Origin: Camelus ferus
Taxonomy: Eukaryota
Reading direction: 5' to 3'
NCBI RefSeq assembly: GCF_009834535.1
Contig: NC_045697.1
Location: 81,284,001-81,348,000 of the forward strand
Length of the DNA: 64,000 nt
Shown here: piece by piece, positions 40,711 through 54,384 of the stretch
How positions within the stretch are numbered: the first letter of the stretch is position 1
Layout: every line of letters begins with the position of its first letter
The notes under the pieces: generated by a model
The model's input: the letters and a program-made list of their open reading frames with translations, nothing else
Told to the model about the DNA's origin: nothing
Databases searched by the model: none
Program-made: the position numbers and the translations under genes

Positions 40711-42370
40711 CTGATGAGAAAAAACAAGAATTAAGTTAGGTGAAACCAAAACTTTAGCAGTTAGCATAATTAAGTACTTTAACCCAGATATCAGCAAGTT
40801 TTATTTCAACTCTAAAAATTCAGATATTTAAAGCTATAAATATCTAACAGAAATTCAGAAAACGTCCAGAAGTGATTTGGATCAGCTCAAAAGAAGCTGT
40901 GTTGTAAGTTGGGATGAATAAGAATTTGCAATAATTTGACCAACTTTGACGTCTTGTGATACATGGCAGGGAAAATATATTTTATCAAGTATCCTGTTTC
41001 TATATGCTTCATGAGTTTTTGTTTGCCCTTAAGAATATTATAAAGAATTAGCTTATACTTCATATTAATAAAGCAGTGTTTTTAATGAAAATTAAGACAT
41101 TTAACCATTTATTGAAATATATTAATGACAATTTCATTCTTTAGAAGAGAATTCTAAAATTTATAACCATATTTCAAGAGAGATTTTTTTTTAAATTATA
41201 GGTCACCGTCACATAAAAGAAAATGAAATAGACCAGAATAGAAATATTGATGTACTTCATGAAGGATAAAGATAAGTAGTGCTTTAGGAAACGTGTTTGT
41301 TCATTTTGTGTGTGTTTGTGTGTGTGTGTGTCTATTTGTGTTTCTGGATCCCAATGTAAGATTATTTTTCTTTCTGAGTAAGGGTCAGAAGTGTTTGAGA
41401 AACACTATGCAAGAGGGCACAGCTAATTCAAATCATTTTACCTGGTTTTAAGAGAATTATAAATACCACAGAGGTTTTAGCTGAAGATGAATGTAGTCTC
41501 TTACGATTCCAAGTGGTTCCTGAAAACATCCATTATTGATTCAACAGAATTTGAACCTGAAATTGGTTGATATCATATGGTTTTGGTCACTTGAAGCTCC
41601 TTTCAGCGTCAGTGATGCAAAATACTGTGGTATTATTTTGGGGCAACAACCATAACTGCACATATAAGTTTTTTCAAATAAAGGTCCAAAGTGATTAGTA
41701 ATTGTTATATTTAATCAAAATCAAAGGTGTATGCTTAGTTTATGATTTTATGCAATAATGATCTTTTCTACCCTTGTAAATAATCAATTGACTGTTACCT
41801 AACTTTTAAACACTTCATATTTTGTTGATTTCAGGGACATAATGTACATTTATTTGAGTCCCCAAACTGTGCATTTATATCAGTGCAAACTCCTAAAAAT
41901 GTTATTTCAAACATAATAATAGTATTACTACCACCATATTATATTGCAACATATTACTAGGTATATAGTTCTGAGCTATCAGCAATATTCACACTTCAAA
42001 AGATTATGAAGGCAAATCAGTAAATAGAAGAGTAAATATCAGGTGATGTCTTCTCTCACCATTTCCTACATACATATATATAGTTTATTTTCCATGTTCC
42101 TAGGTCTTATTTTCAAAAGCAGAGAAACATATAATTTTTCAAAATGAAGAATCTAGTTTTTAAAAACCAAACCGCAAATATCTGTGTATTTATCTTGCTC
42201 ATTAGAAAAACATGGGAACTTTGAGAAGGAAAATATTAAATGGACATTTATTCTGTTTTGCCACATACGAGTTTTATAGTAGCAGAAATGCTATTTGTGC
42301 CCAAGTGGGATGACCTAGTAATCATTGTTTAAAACTCTGTTTTATTTTAATATTCAAAATTTCATTATTG

Positions 42371-42715
42371 GGGGTTGAGCCAAGATGGCGGCGTGGAGAG
42401 ACTCACAGCTCGCCCTCTCCCACAAATACACCAAGAATTACGTCTACAAACCCACTGAATCGCACAGAACACCTGCTGAACTCTGGCAGAGTGTCTCTCA
42501 TTTCAAAATACAGGATGATTCTCACAAAATCTGATAAATAAGAAGTTTATACTGTATAGCACAAGGAACTGTAACTTATGGTGAAAAAGAATATGGAAAC
42601 GAATATATGTATGTTCCTATATGGCTTAAGTATTGTGCTGTACACCAGAAATGGACACTACAGTGTAAACTGACTATACTTCAACAAAAACATATTAAAA
42701 AGCCAAAAAACCCCG
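42371..42715 (+). mobile_element. Mini-L1: L1 5' end (163 bp) fused to L1 3'UTR terminus and A-rich tail, flanked by a TSD
   Basis: Starts GGGGTTGAGCCAAGATGGCGGCG (L1 5' end with YY1-type motif). From 42534 it matches the L1 3'UTR copies at 10068+ and 12709+. TSD AAAATT(T)CATTATTG at 42356-42370 and 42716-42729. Confidence 0.88.
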
Positions 42716-43707
42716 AAAATTCATTATTGATTTTTTGCCTTAACAGTACTGAAATAATATCTTCAGTATGGTCCAGAATTAAATAGAATTAAACAGCTTT
42801 GGAATGCCTGTATCCATCCTAAAGTTACCTGAAATCTAGAAAATTCCCGTAGAAACTTGGGATGACTTTCAATAGATCTGTAGCTTCTGTCTCATTTTCG
42901 GCTAGACTTGGGGGTATTATATACCATGGGGCATTCATGATCCAAGTAAGACCAGAGGCTGTGTAAAATTCAGTTCAAGTTTGGAGATGCTCCTATTTTC
43001 TCCCTTAGGTAAGAAACAAAGACATTCATCCAACATTCATTCAACACATAAATTTACTAACCTTTATTAAGAGCCTACTATTTTGCAGGCACATCTGCAT
43101 ATTCAACTGTATATAATATCATCATGAAAAACACCAAACTTACTTTGCTTTCATTTGTTCTTAATTTCTTCTCTTTATTTACTATCTATTCTCCTTTCAT
43201 CTCTAGAAAGTCTCCCCACCTTTTTTTTTTAATAGGGGATGGTTTTTAAGTTATTGGTGTAAAGCTTGTGCTAATAGAATTAACGTGAAGAGTGTGGGCA
43301 TTAACAATATTTCCATTTCTTATCTCCATTTTATTTTCTCTCAATATAAATAATTTCTAGGAGAGCTATGAAAGATAACTGAGGAAATACAATGTCATGG
43401 TATGCTTCCTTATTTAGACATAATCTTATTAACAATTTTCTCTCAAAAGCAGGCTCTTTTTCTATAAATTGTCTCATCTACAAAGATAATTTGAAAAATA
43501 TTTTTTAAAAAACTGACACTCCTACTTTTTTTCTTTACCCAATGTATGTAAATTGCCTCCTACAAAAGCATGCAAAATTTGAAAACCCAGGAAAATAAAA
43601 ATAATATGAATATTGCTTAACAAAAAACCTCATGTATTTCTTTCTAGTCCTTTCTCTTTATGTAATTTATTTTTTTGTAGTTGTCATTACAAAACATACA
43701 TTTTTAA

Positions 43708-43828
43708 AGATTTTTTATTGATTTATAATCATTTTACAATGTTGTGTCAAATTCCAGTGTAGAGTACAATTTTTCAGTTATACATGAACATATGTATATT
43801 CATTGTCACATTTTTTCTCTGTGAGCTA
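43708..43828 (-). mobile_element. Young 121-bp L1 3' end with perfect 17-bp TSD
   Basis: TSD AAAACATACATTTTTAA at 43691-43707 and 43829-43845. The minus strand ends ...gacacaacattgtaaaatgattataaatcaataaaaaat. Confidence 0.9.
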
Positions 43829-44849
43829 AAAACATACATTTTTAATTCTATCTTTTAACTTAAAATTAGAACATAACTTGTTATAATAAAATGGAAACAT
43901 GTTTGAGAAATCCTTACATCTATCATTATTTTTTCATTTCTGTTGCCCCAACTTGTTATATTTTGATGATTTCAGTAACTTCCTAAGCCTGGTAGCTCCA
44001 CTACTTAATTCCCTAACAAAGAAAATAAAAAGTGAGGGTTGAACTAGTTGAACGCCACCCAGGGAGCGAAGGTGCTCACATCAATGCTTCCCAAACCTAA
44101 AGAATCGCTCACTTTACTTATTTGCTTCCTGATTCTGTAGAAAATGTGTATTGCTTGTAAAGTCACTTCTTTTTGCTTCTGTCTTTACCTCTTTCCTAGA
44201 ACTTCAACTTCTCTTTTCTGAGGATTTAGTCAAAAACCGGGGCTAACCATGTTTGTAATTTGATCTAAACAGCATTTGCATGTGTTTTGTCCAGTAATTA
44301 TAATATTTTAACATCTGAATGGCTTTAGTCTATCCCATTTGCTCACTACTTTAAGTCTATCTGCCTGGCCTCTGTTTATCTTAGTTTAAGATTCCAGATA
44401 AACTCTCCTTAACAAATTTAACTCACATCCATCTTTGTAAAATTTCCTCTTACAGTTACCCCCACACCTAATACTAGCAACTGCCTTCCTCTTTCTTTGC
44501 ACCATTAGAGTCAAATCTTTACGCTTTCTCTTGCACAGTTCTTTCTTCCTGTACTTTACATGCTAAACAATCTGCAGTTCTAGAATGATCAATATGTGTC
44601 TCCTATTTCTAAGTTTGACCAGCTCGATTTCACCTTTAGAAATTCAGTTTAGATAAAACCACATCAAGAAATTCCCTCTCCCTTCCTCACCCTGCAACAG
44701 CTAGTTCAGATGAGTGTGTCTCCATTGTGCAATCTCAGTGCCGCCTCTATTAAAGGGCATTCCAATTTAATTATCCATGAATTTCCATGGAGCGAGGGGA
44801 CGGTGATTTATTCCGAATTGAGCCTTCAGCATGTTGTAGACCACCTTGT

Positions 44850-45312
44850 ATATCATTATCTTAACAAAACAAAACGACACTTAAAGGTGGTCAGGCAACC
44901 TTTATTCGGGTATAGGGACCACTGCAGTGGGGTTTTATGGTGGGGGAGAGAGTTGGGGCTAAACTCCAAGTACAGTATGGACAAACAGGAATTTATAGAC
45001 AAGCAGCAGAGTGGGAGTCAGTGCCTGGAAACTTACTAAGAGGAAACATTATATGTAAGGGTGGTTCTATCTAAAACTCCCTAACAGGATTCTTGGTGAA
45101 GGCAGGGAAGGGTTATCAATATCATCTAGGGGACGGTGGAGGATGGGAAACCTGATCAGATACTGAGGGTGACCAGATATTAAGAGTGAGGGGTTCTGGC
45201 TGAATGGAGTTAGCAGGATTCTTGCTAAAACGAGATTTTGCGAAGAAAGTGCACAACTGGGAGAAGGTTCAGAAGCCTGCCTAAAGTCTGGTCAAGCAGA
45301 GAGTCTTTTTCA
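44850..45312 (-). mobile_element. ERV LTR remnant
   Basis: Repeated ggattctt(g)ct motifs and terminus ...tttca (TG on the minus strand); GC-richer than the flanks. Confidence 0.6.
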
Positions 45313-48283
45313 CATGCACAAAATAATCATGCTAAGTGAATTTATTCACATCTTTCATATATTAACTTTCTTTCTCTACCCCAAGGAGTAGTTCATATGC
45401 TTTCCAGAGACTTGCAGTGTGGGAGAACAAGTCCTGAGCTTCAGTTTCTTCATTGGAAAAAGAAAGGAACTTAGCTGTTTATCTTTGTTTCCATGTACCC
45501 ATCCAAAAGGGGAGATTTGAAAGGCTACTCATCAAAAGATTGATCATCTTCTCCTTATATTTTTCTATATTTAAATTTTCTGTAGGAGCTATGTACTATC
45601 TTCATAAAACATGTAAGGAAAATTTAAAAGGAGGTGAATTTCATAACATTAAGGTTGCTTCAAAATCATTAAATTCTATAATCTTGTGAATAAGAAGCCA
45701 TCCCTATTCATGTTAGTCCTTAGTAATCCTTCTTCCTCTAAATAGCTGGAGAATATGTTGCCCATATCTTTTTTATGATAATTTTACATTTTTATTTAAC
45801 TGATTTACATGTCTTCCCATTGATGATTGTCGGTACATTTTCAGTAGCCTAGTCTGTATATTAATTTCTTTTCACACTAAAATACTTTCTCTTCCCTCAA
45901 GCATAACCCAAAACTAAATTAGACATGTAGTTGAACCTTAGTAATCTTGATTAAATCAGTTAAATTGATATTCCATGTTATGGTATTTGTAATCGTCCTA
46001 TTGGAGAAATGATTTCAGAATTTAAGCCTAAGGTTTTGAAAACCTGAAAATCAATTGCTCCAAATTATCTCTTAAGTTTATTTATGACTAGGATATTATG
46101 ATACATCAGTTGTTTCTGAAGAGTCCAAATTCATCAGAAGATATTATATATGTAAGTAATTCTTTAAAAATACCAAATTCGTATTAATCTGTTATTGAAA
46201 AAGAGAATAAAATACTTGGATTAAAAAGGCTGTCAGGATCCCCACATGTCAAAGTTTTGTCTCCCCCTGAGACAGGCTGTGGTATCTCCAATCAACTTGA
46301 GTCTTTAGGGAGTGGCAAACACGCACTCATGGATTTGTCTGGGATGATCTGCAACATTTTCTCAAGACCCTCATGCACATGGAGCACTGGGGGTGTAGGA
46401 AGCCACAGCTCTGCATACACACCGGTGTTTCCACGGTGGGCACCTGCAGCAGTGGCCTTGCTGAGACATTCAGTGATTTCTGGGCATTGAGACTGGTGAC
46501 AGGCAGGAAAGCCAGGATAGATCTACCATTTGACAAGCACAAGTGAGACCCTGAAGGACACAGAAACGACTGCATGACAAGAGAGAGGAGCCAGTAATTC
46601 ATAGGATATTATTATTAACCAGACCCCATTTGTGCCCACACACAGTGGGAGTCTGGAAAGTTTTGGATTATATTAATATTAGTATATTTTCCCCCAGAAT
46701 TTACTTTGTCTCAGTCTTTCATTTTTTGAATATAATGATTAAAGTTATTCTTTCTGCCTTGATCATTAACTTCCTATTTACATTTTCTAAAAGATTTTTT
46801 CTAACAAACTTTTCTCATAGTCCTCAATCTTGCATTTTAGAGAAATGAAAAGATTTTTCACTAGGCACACACTTGCTACAAAAACCGCATAAAGTCTCCT
46901 TTGCCAATTGGGTGACCCATGCTACAGAATTGTGCTCATTGCTTTTTTAACAATTAAAAGAATACTTACAACTAATTTTTTTTATAATGTAAGCAAAGTT
47001 ATTACAAATACTAGGAGATAAAGTATTATAATTAATTCATTTTTCATAAAGTTTAAAACTACAATAAAATGTAATATGTTTTTTAAAAAAACAGCAAAAT
47101 GTTAAATAATCTAGTCATTTTTTTTAAAAACAGAGGACATAAAAAAGGTTAATCAATCATATTTGCCATTTGTTTTTCTAGAATTCAAAATGTTAATCTA
47201 AATATTGTTGTATCAAATTTATCTGAAAAGAGAAAATACGACATTTGCTTTTGAAAATGCATTATTCCTGTATTTGTAAGCAATCCTTGAGTCTCCTGGC
47301 TTTTTCAACACAAGAGGGCGATATGTTCTTGCTTTTATTGCAAAAATAGACCCATAGTGCTTCCTCTTCCAGCTTAAGTGCTAAGTATCTAAGCACAGAG
47401 CTCACAGGTAACTTTGCTCTCAGGAGAGTATCCTGCTGCTGAGATAAAAGAAACATCACTGATTTTTACTGTTAAAACACCAATTATGCCACAACTATAC
47501 ACTGATACATTTAGTTAATGTCTTCCTCATATTTGATATAACCAACCAGTATTATATTGCTTGTATGATTCTGTTTCTGAGTTCTTATTTCTGTTTTTTA
47601 ATTAAATATATATATTTTTTGCTGTTGTGCCCCCCAAAAGATAAATGAACTATCAGCTCTTCTTAATAGCTTGCTAATTTTTGCAAACTCTTAAGATCTA
47701 AATCTTTTTCTTAAGGGGATAGAAGTATAATATCTGTAAGTCAAAGATGTATAAAACCAGCTTTACCATATGTTATTTCCAAATTAGCATTTTCTTTAGG
47801 ATATATGCATTTGTATCTTAAGTAAATACAATAATATGCTTTTTTGTGTGTAACAGAATTACCATTCAGTTTTACATTTCTCTGTTATGCAATCATGTTT
47901 GTGCAATAATTTCATTTTTCTTAAAAGACATGATTTTTGAAGATTTGAATCTTCTTAAATGATTAACTCCTTTTAACAATCTTAAGAGTAAAAAAGTAAC
48001 ATAAAATGAATAATAAGCACAACTTAGACACAAAAGAGAAATGTAAACACCATGATCTAGTCATCTCTCAATTTAAAAATTTCTTAAAGAAAAGTATTTT
48101 TAGAGACTAAGAAATGATGTTCAATATCACAGAATATATCATAAATGAGTACTAAATCAGGATGGTAATATAACCTATGAACTATAATTGGAATTTAAAC
48201 ATCAAGGTAATTGAAAGACACAATCCAAAAATAGTTCTTAATTAGATTTAGTTACATCATTCTGTTCATATTACAGTTAAGGC

Positions 48284-48306
48284 CACACACACACACACAC
48301 ACACAC
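48284..48306 (+). repeat. (CA)n microsatellite
   Basis: Seen directly. Confidence 0.9.
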
Positions 48307-48649
48307 CCCAAATCATAAAGGTCCATTTGGAAAAAGTGTCCATAGGCAAAATATTGCACAAACAGCATTGTCATTATTGAGATTAGTTCTTGAAGAGACT
48401 CTTTTACTGATGTCTCTGGACCATGGACGTAGGTGAAGACAGCCTAGCCTAAAGGGAATCTGCTCTGGACTGGTTTCTTCACTTCAGTGGGTTCTGATTC
48501 CAAGTCTGGTAGTGGTACATCTGAGTAGACACTTGTAGTTGGCATGTCCATGCCTTGACTGAGGGGAGCTGGGAAATAATTATCTAGTATGTAAAGTGTA
48601 GAAATGGAAACTTCTAAAATCATGAATTTCTCATACATAGGAAGAGTAT

Positions 48650-50585
48650 TCAAATTGTTGAACAGAGCAAAGATAAAGTAATTGATACAATGTAATTTAA
48701 TCTAAATGACCTTAAATACATAAAATTGTAATAATAAAGTCTTAGGGGATTAAAAATAAACTCAAAGACTAATTGAAAGAAATAAGAACAATACCCTAGA
48801 AGTCAGAAGGGAGTAAATGAAGATGTTCTAAGAACCCTGTATTAAGGTCATGATATTAATTGACTTCAGATGTTGTTAAGTGTGCATATTTTGATTGCTA
48901 ATGAAACCAATAAAGAATACATATCCAAAGGAGCGGAGGAGAAATAATGAAATGTAAGAAAATATTCAATTAAGAAAAGAATAAAGGGGAGGAAAAGAAA
49001 CCTAAAATAGGTAAGACTAATGTAAAACACAAAATAAATAGGTCTCTTTATGTTAGTAATTACATTCAATATAAATTATCTTTTAAAAACAAAGATTGGC
49101 AGATTGACTAAAAAAACCTTACAAATCCAATTATATGTTGTTTAAAAGTGACATAAAAAAGAATGTATGAAAGTAAATATCTGGAAAAAGATATATCAGA
49201 AATATTTTAATTAAAAGAAAACTGATAAAGCTATGTAAATATCAGGAAGTTAGAGTTAAGGCAAAAAGAATTACTAGAGATACAGAAATCACTTTAAAAT
49301 AAAAAGTTCAATTCACTAGGAAGTCATTAAAATTTAAATTCGAATGCATCTGATATCTTAACCTCAAATATGTAAAGCAGAAACAAGCCAAACTACAAGG
49401 TGTCATTTACAAATTCCCAATTGTAGAGGATGGGTTTGACATTTCTCAAAAATAAATTGAAAATTCGGACGGAAGATTAGTAAGATTAAGAATACCTAAA
49501 CAACACGATTAACAAATTTGCTCTAAAAGACATATTTAAAGTATGGTGCTCAACAGCTGTAGAATGCATATTGAACTTGAAGATATTTACAAAAATTAAC
49601 CATACTGAGTCCCAAGGAAGTCTCAATAAATTTCAAAGAACTAAAAACCACACAGAGATATATTATAACCATGTTATAATTGATCTTGAAACTAATAACA
49701 ACTAGAAAATTCTAATTTATTACGAACTTAAGAAACATAATCCTAAATAACTTAAGGCAAAGAAAAAGACGAATATATATTATATGTTTAAAATTATATC
49801 CAAAATAACATATATCAAAATTTGTGAATTATGCTATCATAATAGAAAATTTTACAGCCTTAGAAACATACACTAGAAAAAAGTGTAAAAATTAATGAGC
49901 TAATAAGCTAAGCATTCTTCTCAAGAAATTAGAAAATAATAAAATAATAACAGACGGTAGAAGAAAAGACATAACAGAGATGAACTGAAAATAATCAAAT
50001 AAAAATACAATAAAAAGCAAACCTAAAACTTGGTTCTTTTAAAAAGGCTAGTAAATTTGACAAGTTTTAAGATAAAAAGAGATGAATAAGATATAAAATA
50101 TAGGGATGAGAATGAGAAGATAACATTTCCTTCAGATAGTAAAAAATAAAATTATTGATGAATTGATAAGAAAATGTTTTAATTTCAAGAGTTTAAGCAA
50201 ATGAACTTTTGAGAAAATGTATCTTAATAAAACTGATATAAAAGAAACCTCAAAATGAATAAAGCAAAATACAAGCATTTGAATAAACAGTCAAAAATAT
50301 TTCCACAAAGAACACTCCAGGAACTGATTCTTTCACCATAAGGTTCTATCAAAGCCTCAAGGAACAAATAATTCCAATCTTATACAATCTTTTTCAGAGA
50401 CATGAAAAAAAAGTAATACCTGTCAACCCCATTTTATCAGGCTACTGTAACCTTGATAGTAGTAACTGATGAAGGGATAATATGAAAAAGGAAATTGTAG
50501 GGAATATGACCCATGAATATAAGATGCAAAAATTCTAAACAAAGTATTTATAAAGCAAACCAGCGATCTATAAAAAAGCTGAGAG
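48650..50585 (+). mobile_element. Old degraded L1 (L1M) ORF2 endonuclease-to-RT region
   Basis: A-rich with L1 motifs agtaattacattcaat, agtctcaataaatttcaaag, tcaaggaacaaataattccaatcttatac, gatgcaaaaattctaaacaaa. Confidence 0.8.
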
Positions 50586-50589
50586 TAGC

Positions 50590-51031
50590 TCCTGCAGGCT
50601 GACTTGTGTCCCTCACCAAATTTGTACATTGAAGTCCTCACTCCAAGTACTTCAGAATCTTATATGGAAATGAGACTATTACAGGTGTGACTAATTAAGT
50701 TAAGATGCGGGCATACTGGAGTAAGGCAGACCCCTAAACCCGTATGAATGGTGAAAAGGAAAGTGTAAAATGGGGAAATTCAACACAAACACATGCAAAG
50801 GGAGAATGCCATGCGAAGACTGGAATTATGCTGCCACAAACCAAGGAACTGTCAGAAGCCACAGACAGGCCTGAAACAGACCCTTCCCGAGTGCCTTCAG
50901 AGGGAGCAGGGCTCTGCTGACACCTTGATCTCAGACTTCCAGTCTCCAGAACTGTGTGACAATAAACTTCTGTTGTTTAAGCTCCTCAGTTTGTGCTACT
51001 TTATTATGGTAGCCCTAGAAAACTAATTTAG
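50590..51031 (+). mobile_element. MaLR solo LTR (MLT1C-like) inserted in the old L1
   Basis: tgtgtccctcaccaaa...gaagtcct...ccaagtacttcagaat...gccttcagagggagc...ctccagaactgtgtgacaataaacttctgttgtttaagc...agccctagaaaactaa. Confidence 0.88.
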
Positions 51032-51299
51032 TAGCTGTGAAATACAGGGTTGGTTTTAACATTAGGAAATGAATCAAAGCTTCCAAAACTATGACGGAGA
51101 CCTTTAACTGTCCACCGGATTCCTACTCGTCTTTGCATGGCCCACCCCATCCAACTCTTATAGCCTGATTATTGCTGATTATTTGGGCCCCTCAGGACAT
51201 AATTCATCGTAAAGGGACCCTCACAACTCCTCTCATAATGCCATTTTTTTCCTGACCATGTCAGTCACCACATACACTCACGACTCTGAGGACTTTGCT

Positions 51300-54150
51300 T
51301 ATCATTCTAGAAAATGATTTTATGGTCCTATTCTCCACCCTCTCCATCTTTTTTAAACCTTTCACTGTGCTTCTCAGAATACATGGTAAATTGTGAGCAA
51401 AATTCTTTCCCTAGACAGTGAAACTCTTTTCTGAAAGTTTTCTTCATCTTCTAGCTCTGAAACCTGCCCCTCCCTTGAGGACCTTGGACCCCTCTGGTGA
51501 TTTATTTTTGCTACCACTGGGTCAGAAGGTTGGTTAGATGTTCTTCTTGTTTCTCATTGTTAATTCTAGACTATTCTCCATTCCTACTCCTGAAAAATCT
51601 CTCACTTTTCATCTTGTCAGACCATAGCACACACCTTGTCTCCTTATAGCAGTTGTCAACTAGTGCTTGGGTTAGGCTCCTTCAACCCTTGGAATCTTAG
51701 TTTCTGGATAATGTTCTTTTAAAAACTACTAGACATTTTTATAGATGATCCTCCTACCATGGGATACACTCAGTTTTTAAGTCCTCTCTTTAATATTCTT
51801 GTCTTTCTCCCTGCCATTGCCACCTAGTCCCATAGTTATGTGTTAGAGCTTTTCATCATAACAAACAACTGTATAACTGTAACCCATTCATAACATTCAT
51901 TTTATATAGTCTGCTATGCAATATCAATCTCCTATCCTTTTAGCTCAATTCACCTGTCACCCCCAACTTCAAAAATATTTCAACTTTAAGGCATGATCCT
52001 TTCACTTTTTACTCTTGATCTCATGGCCTCACATCCCTTCCCACCCAGCTTAAATTTCATAATCAATAATTATATTCATTCCATTTAATTTATTCTTAAA
52101 TCCTTTTATCTTCTCTTATTTCATCAGTCACATTTGTCTAAACAACAAGACTAAATTTCACAATTCACCTGCTATTCTGAAGATAGATGGGACTTCACCA
52201 AACTAACTGGTCTCCCCTTAAATTCCTGATTAGTAGCTTCAAGTGGCCCTTCAATGCTGCTGTCAACCATGCTACATTTTCTTAGTCCATTCATTATCTC
52301 TTCTCCTATATGACTGTTTTATAACCTTGTCCTCTCTCTTCAAACTTCTGTTTCTTTCCTTTCCCTCACTCTCAGCTGATGATCTTATTTTCTATTACAT
52401 GGAGAACACAGTAGCAAGCATAAAGACTTTCCATAGTGCAGGTACTCACTTATGTGAGTAGATGTTTTCCTATGGATGAATCCTCCATTCTAGCCAAGAA
52501 CAACCCTCCCCTGTGTATCAGTTCTGGGCTTTATCACCTAATCATTGGAGGCACTGCTTTAATAATATTCTCCTCTGTTCCACAGCCACAGGTGCTTTCC
52601 TTCTCTATTGAATATTCATACTAGTATATAAACATTCTATTATTTTTCTCATGATTCACTTACCCCATAAGCTATTCCTCCATTCTTTCTCTTTATAGAA
52701 AAACTCTTTGGAATAATGTGTCTAGTTTTCTTTGGAACCTGCTCCAATCAGGCAACCCTCATCATCTTATCAAAACTGCTCAAAAAAATTTATGTTGTGA
52801 GATCCAACTGTCAGGTCTCACTCCTCACCTTACTTTACCTATTAGGAGTATTTTACATCACTAATTATCCCATTATCCACACAAAAACTATCTTTACCCA
52901 ACTTCTAGGAAATCATATATTTTTGGTTTTCTATAACTTCTTAGTCACATTTTCCGATTTCTTCTCATCTCTCTGTCCTCCAGATGTGGAGTTAGTTTCC
53001 TAGGGCTTAGCACTTGAACCTAATTTTTATTTGCATTCATTTACCTGGTGACCTCACACTGTTTCATGGTTTTAAACACTGCCTAGAGGCTGACTTCAAA
53101 ATTCACATCTCCAACTAAACCTTTTACTTGCTTCTACTTGTATATTCAACTACTATTTGGTATTTCCACTTGGAAATCTAATGGACATCTCAGACTTGAA
53201 TAAAACCCAATCTAGTTGCCAGATATTTTCTTAACCTCAAACTGATTCCTCTCAGTTTCCCCAGATAAGTAAATGATAGCATTGTCATTTTATTTGCTTA
53301 GGGACACACATATGCACAAACAACCCCCCCCCCCAACTCCTGGGGTTAGTTGACTCCTCTGTTTCTTTCCCACCAGACCCACTTGATTTTCAACCCACTG
53401 GCTCTAACTGTAAAATATATCTAGAATCTGAACACATCTTAAAATCTTCTCAGCTATCACCCTAGTCCATATTAGCATTATGTCTCCACTGGATTATTGA
53501 GATATCCTCCCATTTGATCTCTGCCTCAACCCTTCCCCTATATCAGATTTTTGGCCAGAAGATTCGTTTTACAATGTACATCAGGCAAATTGATCCTCTG
53601 ATCAACCTCCACTCTCACGGGGCTCCCTCGTTTCACTCAGAGTAAGAGTAAAACCCATAGAGTGGTCTATACAATTCTACCTAATCTACCACTTCTCTTT
53701 CACTGAACTGTCAGCATCCACACCGGACTTCTCATTGTTCTCTGTGAGCATGCAGTGTTCTTCAGATACCTAGCTCTGGGCCTCTGCACTTGCTGTTTCT
53801 TCCGTCTAGAATACTTGTCTCCAAGTGTAAACATGACATACACTCTCATTTCTTTTAGTCCTACTTAAATGTAATATTCTCAGTATATCTGCTTCTGGCC
53901 TCCCAATGCAAAATTGCAAGCCCCCTCCCAACACTTCTTAACCTCTCCTTTTGTTTTTCTTGTGTGTATGTGTGTGATTTTAACAACTTATTATACTATA
54001 TCAGTAATATTACTTTTTTTTTCTTGTCTATCATTTTCATTAGAATTCAGCCTTTGAATCAGGGATGTTATTATCTTATTCTCTCTTGTTCTCTTCTATT
54101 CTCAGTGTCTATGCCTTACTTTAAAAGGGAACAGTAGGCAATTGAATTGA
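51300..54150 (+). mobile_element. Long (~2.8 kb) degraded L2 LINE
   Basis: Pyrimidine-rich with L2 motifs ctcactctcagctgatga, tcaaaactgctc, tcatggttttaaa...gctgac...tttccacttgga, aaaatatatctagaatctga, tttcactcagagtaa. Confidence 0.8.
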
Positions 54151-54384
54151 AAAGAGAGGTAGGCACCAGAAGATAAAGGATGTTATTCAAAATGTTACAG
54201 ATTTACCATTGCCTTAAATATTGGACAACGACTGAAACACTTTAATTTCAAGACTGACATGGTAAATGTTGTTTTTTAAAAAAAAAATTTGAGGGAGTAT
54301 GAGGACAGACTGGAGCCATGAGACAAGAGACTAATTAAGAATTGATTACAATAGTCCAGATGAAGACTTAACAAAATAGAGATA

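Noticed and set aside
46230..46640. GC-richer patch with ORFs on both strands (possible exon or retrocopy)
   Set aside because: No recognisable protein similarity, convincing splice sites, polyA or TSD.
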